From: Pseudomonadota bacterium
Lineage (GTDB): Bacteria > Pseudomonadota > Alphaproteobacteria > Rhizobiales > Xanthobacteraceae
Direction of reading: 5' to 3'
DNA: 64,000 nucleotides
NCBI GenBank assembly: GCA_040758515.1
Contig: JBFLVM010000003.1
Coordinates: forward strand, 505,426-569,425
Shown here: positions 58,967 to 64,000 of the stretch, piece after piece
How the letters are laid out: the number at the start of each line of letters is the position of its first letter
Numbering within the stretch: position 1 is the first letter of the stretch
The notes under the pieces: generated by a model
Told to the model about the DNA's origin: nothing
Database searches by the model: none
What the model saw: the letters and a program-made list of their open reading frames with translations, nothing else
Translations under genes and position numbers: made by a program

Positions 58967-59860
58967 ATGACTCCGCAGGACGCATCTCCCACAACCCAAG
59001 CAACATTCGCCATTGGCGACGAACATACCGCCAGCCGCGTTGTGGACATCATCACCGAAACATACCCGTCGCATGATCTTGCGGTTGCGGCCTTCGAAGC
59101 GCCCGGCGGACGCTGGGACATCACCATGCATTTCGCGGAGCCGCCGGATGAGGACATCATCCGCGCGCTGGTAGCGCAAACTGCGGGCGATGCCGCCGCG
59201 AAGACCATCGTCTTCAGTCCCGTGGAGACGAAGGATTGGGTGAAAGCGAGCCTCGCCGATCTTGTGCCCGTGCAGGCCGGACCCTTCATCGTGCACGGCC
59301 ATCACGACCGCGAGCGGATTCCTCCGAACAAAATCTCGATCGAGATCGAAGCCGCGCTCGCATTCGGCACGGGACATCACGGCACGACGCGCGGCTGTCT
59401 CACGCTGCTCGATCTCGTGCTGCGCCAACGCACGCCGAAACGGATTCTGGATTTGGGAACCGGCACCGGCGTTTTGGCGATTGCTGCGGCCAAAAAAATG
59501 CAACGGCACGTTCTGGCGAGCGACATCGACGCGCAATCTGTTCTGGTCGCGCGAGAAAATGCCAAACTCAACGGCGCCGGGAATCTCGTGCAGACAATTC
59601 ATGCGACTGGATTTCATTCGGCAGCCTTTAGCGCGAACGGCCCGTTCGGGCTCGTCCTTGCGAACATTCTGGCGAAACCTTTGCGTGCACTCGCGCCCGC
59701 GATGGCAACGCACCTCGCGCCATCCGCATTCGTCATCCTGTCGGGGTTGCTGCCGCCGCAGGCGAGCAGTGTCGTCGCGGCCTATCGTTCTAGCGGTCTG
59801 AAGCTGATCCGGCGCATCCAGATCGACGGCTGGACCAGCTTGCTGATGCAGAAGTGCTGA
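58967..59860 (+). CDS. prmA: 50S ribosomal protein L11 methyltransferase
   Basis: ALAFGTGHHGTT, LDLGTGTGVLAI, ANILAKPL, ILSGLL. Confidence 0.94.
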   Translation: MTPQDASPTTQATFAIGDEHTASRVVDIITETYPSHDLAVAAFEAPGGRWDITMHFAEPPDEDIIRALVAQTAGDAAAKTIVFSPVETKDWVKASLADLVPVQAGPFIVHGHHDRERIPPNKISIEIEAALAFGTGHHGTTRGCLTLLDLVLRQRTPKRILDLGTGTGVLAIAAAKKMQRHVLASDIDAQSVLVARENAKLNGAGNLVQTIHATGFHSAAFSANGPFGLVLANILAKPLRALAPAMATHLAPSAFVILSGLLPPQASSVVAAYRSSGLKLIRRIQIDGWTSLLMQKC

Positions 59861-59867
59861 GGTCCCG

Positions 59868-60086
59868 TCAGGTCGGGCGCGTTCTCATCGGCGTGATGTC
59901 GGCTTCGGTGAAACTGACCTCGTTTTTCGCCCGGCGCATGGCGCGCGCTTCGCGCTCCAGACGGTTGGCGGTGAGCCGATCAAGCATCTGAACGATGACG
60001 CCGCGCGGCTCGTTCACCGCGATGGCCTGAACCTGAGCCAACCGGCGAGCCGGCGGCGCAATCTTCTCAAACATAAACGTCGGCAT
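59868..60086 (-). CDS. Small hypothetical protein (72 aa)
   Basis: MPTFMFEKIAPP...PRGVIVQMLDRL; RBS GAGGGG; fills the prmA-pepP gap. Confidence 0.65.
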   Translation of the reverse strand: MPTFMFEKIAPPARRLAQVQAIAVNEPRGVIVQMLDRLTANRLEREARAMRRAKNEVSFTEADITPMRTRPT

Positions 60087-60213
60087 GTCCTATTCCCCTC
60101 GTCGTTGAGTTGAAAAACACACCCCTCTGCATTTCCGTGAGGCCTTTAATTCCAAGCATTTTCGGTCGCAAAAGGTTCCTCAGCACAGCCTTCCCTATAG
60201 GCAGCAATTACTA

Positions 60214-60229
60214 AGCACAGATCGTGCCA
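60214..60229 (-). promoter_or_regulatory. sigma54 (-24/-12) promoter TGGCACGATCTGTGCT
   Basis: Exact GG-N10-GC spacing with a perfect TGGCACG -24 element, oriented towards the 72-aa gene. Confidence 0.6.
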
Positions 60230-60300
60230 GTCCCTTTTCGCGGATCACGGCCGCAAGCCCGGCGATTGCCGCCCCTGCTCCGCGACCCTAATGTCCACGC

Positions 60301-62139
60301 ATGTTCGAGGCTCAATTCCAGACATTTGAAGAGCCGGAAGGCGGCGTGGCGCTGACCGCGCGCCTGTCCGCTTTCCGCGAAGAATTAGTGCGGCGAGGGC
60401 TGACGGGGTTCATCGTTCCCCGCGCCGATAGCCAGCAAAACGAATATGTCGCCCCTTCCGAAGAGCGGCTGGCATGGCTGACGGGCTTTACCGGCTCGGC
60501 AGGCTTGGCGGCGGTTCTGCCGCTCAAGGCAGCGGTGTTCGTCGATGGGCGCTATACGCTTCAGGCGGCCAAGCAGGTGGACACCGCGGCATGGGATGTC
60601 GCCTCGCTCATCGATCCACCGCCGGAGACATGGCTAGCGGAAAATCTTAACGCGGGCGACCGCCTCGGATTTGACCCCTGGCTGCACACTTCGGCGGCAG
60701 CCGAGAAACTCGCCAAGGCCTGCAAGAAAGCCGGTGCCGAACTCGTCGCTGTCGAGAGCAATCCGGTCGATTCGATCTGGACGGAGCGCCCTGCTCCGCC
60801 GCTCGGCCCTGTCACCGTCCATGGACTTCAATTCGCCGGCGAAAGCGAAGAGGACAAGCTCAAACGGATTCGTACAGAGATCGCCAAGCTCAGTGCCGAG
60901 GCGCTGGTGCTGTCCGATTCGCACGCGGTGGCATGGACCTTCAACATTCGTGGCGCGGATGTCGCGCACACGCCGCTGCCTTTGTCCTACGCGATGATCC
61001 CGAAGGATGGCCGCCCGACAATCTTCATCGATCATCGCAAACTGTCGAACAGTGCACGCGATCATCTCGAAAAAGTTGCGGCCGTCGAAGAACCGGACGC
61101 GATGATGCCGCGCCTTTCGCTGTTGGCGAAGACGGGTGCGGCCATCGCGCTCGACGCGGCAACTGCTGCTGATTCCCTCTCGCGACTCGTCACCGCCGAA
61201 GGCGGCAAGCCGCTGCGCGGGCCCGATCCTGTTGCGCTGCTCAAGGCCGTGAAAAATCCGGCTGAAATTTCCGGCACGCGAAACGCGCACAAGCGCGATG
61301 GCGCGGCACTCGCGACATTCCTCGCGTGGATCGACCGCGAAGCACACAGCGGCACATTGACCGAGATCGATGCGGTCGAGGCATTGGAAAGTTTCCGCCG
61401 CGATACTGGCGCGCTGAAGGATGTTTCATTCCCCACGATCGCCGGTACCGGCCCAAACGGCGCCATCGTCCATTACCGCGTCACACGCAAATCCAACCGC
61501 CGCATCGCACCCGGAGATCTGCTGCTGATCGATTCCGGTGCGCAATACGAAGACGGCACGACCGACGTTACGCGCACCATCGCGATTGGCGAGCCGACCG
61601 ACGAAATGCGCGACCGCTTTACGCGCGTGCTGCGCGGGCATATCGCCATTGCCCGCGCCGTTTTTCCCGACGGCACGACAGGCGCGCAGATCGACACGCT
61701 CGCGCGTCAGTTCCTCTGGCAAGCGGGGATCGACTTCGATCACGGCACCGGCCACGGCGTCGGCAGCTATCTATCGGTGCACGAAGGCCCGGCGCGCATT
61801 TCAAAACTCGGCACCACGCCACTCAAGCGCGGAATGATTCTTTCCAACGAGCCGGGCTATTACAAAACGGATGCGTTCGGCATTCGCATCGAGAATCTCG
61901 AACTTGTCGTCGAGGCAAAGATCGACGGCGCGGAAAAATCGATGAATGCGTTCGAGACGCTGACGCTCGCGCCGATCGACCGGCGGCTGATAAACCCAGA
62001 TCGCATCAGCAAGGTAGAATTGCGCTGGCTCAACGCCTACCACGCACGCGTGCGCGACGAAATTCGTCCCCTGGTCGATGAAGCCACAAAAGTGTGGCTC
62101 GACCGCGCCACGGAGCCGATGCATCACATACGACCATAA
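60301..62139 (+). CDS. Xaa-Pro aminopeptidase (aminopeptidase P family)
   Basis: LTGFTGSAG, DSGAQYEDGTTDVTRT, HGTGHGVGSYLSVHEGP, SNEPGYY, GIRIEN. Confidence 0.95.
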   Translation: MFEAQFQTFEEPEGGVALTARLSAFREELVRRGLTGFIVPRADSQQNEYVAPSEERLAWLTGFTGSAGLAAVLPLKAAVFVDGRYTLQAAKQVDTAAWDVASLIDPPPETWLAENLNAGDRLGFDPWLHTSAAAEKLAKACKKAGAELVAVESNPVDSIWTERPAPPLGPVTVHGLQFAGESEEDKLKRIRTEIAKLSAEALVLSDSHAVAWTFNIRGADVAHTPLPLSYAMIPKDGRPTIFIDHRKLSNSARDHLEKVAAVEEPDAMMPRLSLLAKTGAAIALDAATAADSLSRLVTAEGGKPLRGPDPVALLKAVKNPAEISGTRNAHKRDGAALATFLAWIDREAHSGTLTEIDAVEALESFRRDTGALKDVSFPTIAGTGPNGAIVHYRVTRKSNRRIAPGDLLLIDSGAQYEDGTTDVTRTIAIGEPTDEMRDRFTRVLRGHIAIARAVFPDGTTGAQIDTLARQFLWQAGIDFDHGTGHGVGSYLSVHEGPARISKLGTTPLKRGMILSNEPGYYKTDAFGIRIENLELVVEAKIDGAEKSMNAFETLTLAPIDRRLINPDRISKVELRWLNAYHARVRDEIRPLVDEATKVWLDRATEPMHHIRP

Positions 62140-62152
62140 GAGTCCGGATAAC

Positions 62153-63427
62153 GTGACCGACAACGAGATCGCAGCCGCAAAGGCCGCCACCAGCACATCG
62201 TGGAAATTGCTTCTGCTGCTCGTCGCGATGAACGGCATCGCGCCGGTGTCGCTCTACATTCTCGTCCCTGCCCTTCCGATGCTGGTCAAGGTCTTCAACA
62301 CTGACGTCACCTCGGTACAATTGAACGTCTCGCTGTTCATGGTCGGCCTTGCAAGCTCGCAGCTTGTGACCGGGCCGCTTTCCGACAAATTCGGACGGCG
62401 ACCCGTTCTGCTCGCGGGACTTGTTATCATGACGGCCGCAACGATTGCGTGCGTCTTCGCGCAGACCCTGCCGCAACTGATCGGCGCGCGATTTTTTCAG
62501 GCGGTAGGTGGCGGCACCGGGATGGTGATGGCCCGCGCGGTGATCCGCGATCTCTATCCGCGCGAGCGTGTCGGCGGCATGCTCAGTCTCGTTATCGGCG
62601 TGATGATGATTGCACAACTTCTCAGTCCGCTGATTGGAGGACTGATCGAGACGAGTTTCGGCGGGCGCGCGATTTTCTATTTCATGGCCGCAACCGCAAT
62701 CTTCGCCACCATCAGCATCGCGGCGGGTCTGCCCGAAACACGCGTCGTCATGACCAAAAGCGGCGACACCGGCTTCTTCAACGACGTGCGCGCGCTGTCG
62801 TCAAACCCTGCGTTCATCGGTTACGTGCTTTGTCAGATGCTGGCGTCGGCGATCATCTTCACATTCGCGGGCGGCGGACCGTACATCGTCGTTAACCAAA
62901 TGGCGCGCTCCACAGCCGAATATGGCCTGTGGTTTGCGACATCGGGCGTGGCGTACATGCTTGGAAATTTCGTCTCGGTGCGGCTATCGCCGAAACTGGG
63001 ACTCGACCGGACGATATGGCTCGGACTCGCGCTGCAAATTTTCGGCTCGATCGCCAATTTGATTTGGGGTTTCACCGGACTGAACCGGCAGCCCGAATGG
63101 CTGTTCGGCACGCACATGATCGTCATGTTCGGCAACGCCTTCGCGATGTCGAACGCGTCGGCTGGCGCGATCAGCATTCGCCCGCAGGCAGCGGGTACCG
63201 CCTCAGGCGCGATGGGATTTCTCCAGATGGGATTCGGATCGCTCTGTTCGCAGCTCGGCGCGTTTCTCGGCGGACAATTCGCGACGCCGCTTCCGCTCAA
63301 CATAGCCGTGCTGACGATTTCGGCGGCATGCGCAGCCGTGATCTACTTCCTTGTTCCGCGAACAAACAAGTTCATCAGCGAAGACGAAATGCTCGACGCG
63401 GAAGAACAAGAGTCAGGAATTCTTTAG
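62153..63427 (+). CDS. MFS transporter, Bcr/CflA (DHA1) family
   Basis: GPLSDKFGRRPVLL motif A, GARFFQAVGG, IRDLYPRE; probable GTG start 62153. Confidence 0.9.
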   Translation: MTDNEIAAAKAATSTSWKLLLLLVAMNGIAPVSLYILVPALPMLVKVFNTDVTSVQLNVSLFMVGLASSQLVTGPLSDKFGRRPVLLAGLVIMTAATIACVFAQTLPQLIGARFFQAVGGGTGMVMARAVIRDLYPRERVGGMLSLVIGVMMIAQLLSPLIGGLIETSFGGRAIFYFMAATAIFATISIAAGLPETRVVMTKSGDTGFFNDVRALSSNPAFIGYVLCQMLASAIIFTFAGGGPYIVVNQMARSTAEYGLWFATSGVAYMLGNFVSVRLSPKLGLDRTIWLGLALQIFGSIANLIWGFTGLNRQPEWLFGTHMIVMFGNAFAMSNASAGAISIRPQAAGTASGAMGFLQMGFGSLCSQLGAFLGGQFATPLPLNIAVLTISAACAAVIYFLVPRTNKFISEDEMLDAEEQESGIL

Positions 63428-63428
63428 G

Positions 63429-64000
<572 letters not shown>

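Overview
A GC-rich alphaproteobacterial chromosome segment. Gene order, a two-piece tmRNA with tag ANDNYAPVAQAA and the intergenic repeat types point to Nitrobacteraceae/Bradyrhizobiaceae, possibly Afipia-like (inference). About 58 kb is core or near-core genome: TRAP dctPQM, leuA, MBOAT plus SGNH-like pair, ppk2, osmoprotectant ABC, LTA-synthase-like protein, ilvIH-eamA-lysE-ilvC, miaA/serB, hflKC-DUF2065-degP, thyA-folA, tctBA-orf-tctC, chrA pair, ssrA-sspB-fumC, DUF4169-RHH-RHH, asmA, uvrD, ABC-2, L,D-transpeptidase, fused spermidine-synthase-like protein, prmA, pepP, MFS and the ligA 3' end. The left 5.8 kb, downstream of the 3' end of tRNA-Lys(CTT), looks accessory: LysR, Bug SBP, cytochrome P450, ferredoxin, PDR/VanB-type reductase, PfpI/DJ-1 and a VOC protein. 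The strongest candidates for something undescribed are: (1) a ~480-nt, apparently non-coding, densely base-paired element with its own sigma70-like promoter and competing helices at 20630-21140, embedded in REP-like repeats; (2) the P450 cluster with two electron-transfer partners and aldehyde-detox-type neighbours; (3) tandem RHH paralogues behind a periodic operator-like array; (4) several small orphan ORFs and cis elements absent from or mis-started in the ORF track. No CRISPR, integrase, transposase or defence system was seen. Nothing was searched or computed: family assignments come from recognised motifs and compositional remarks are by eye.
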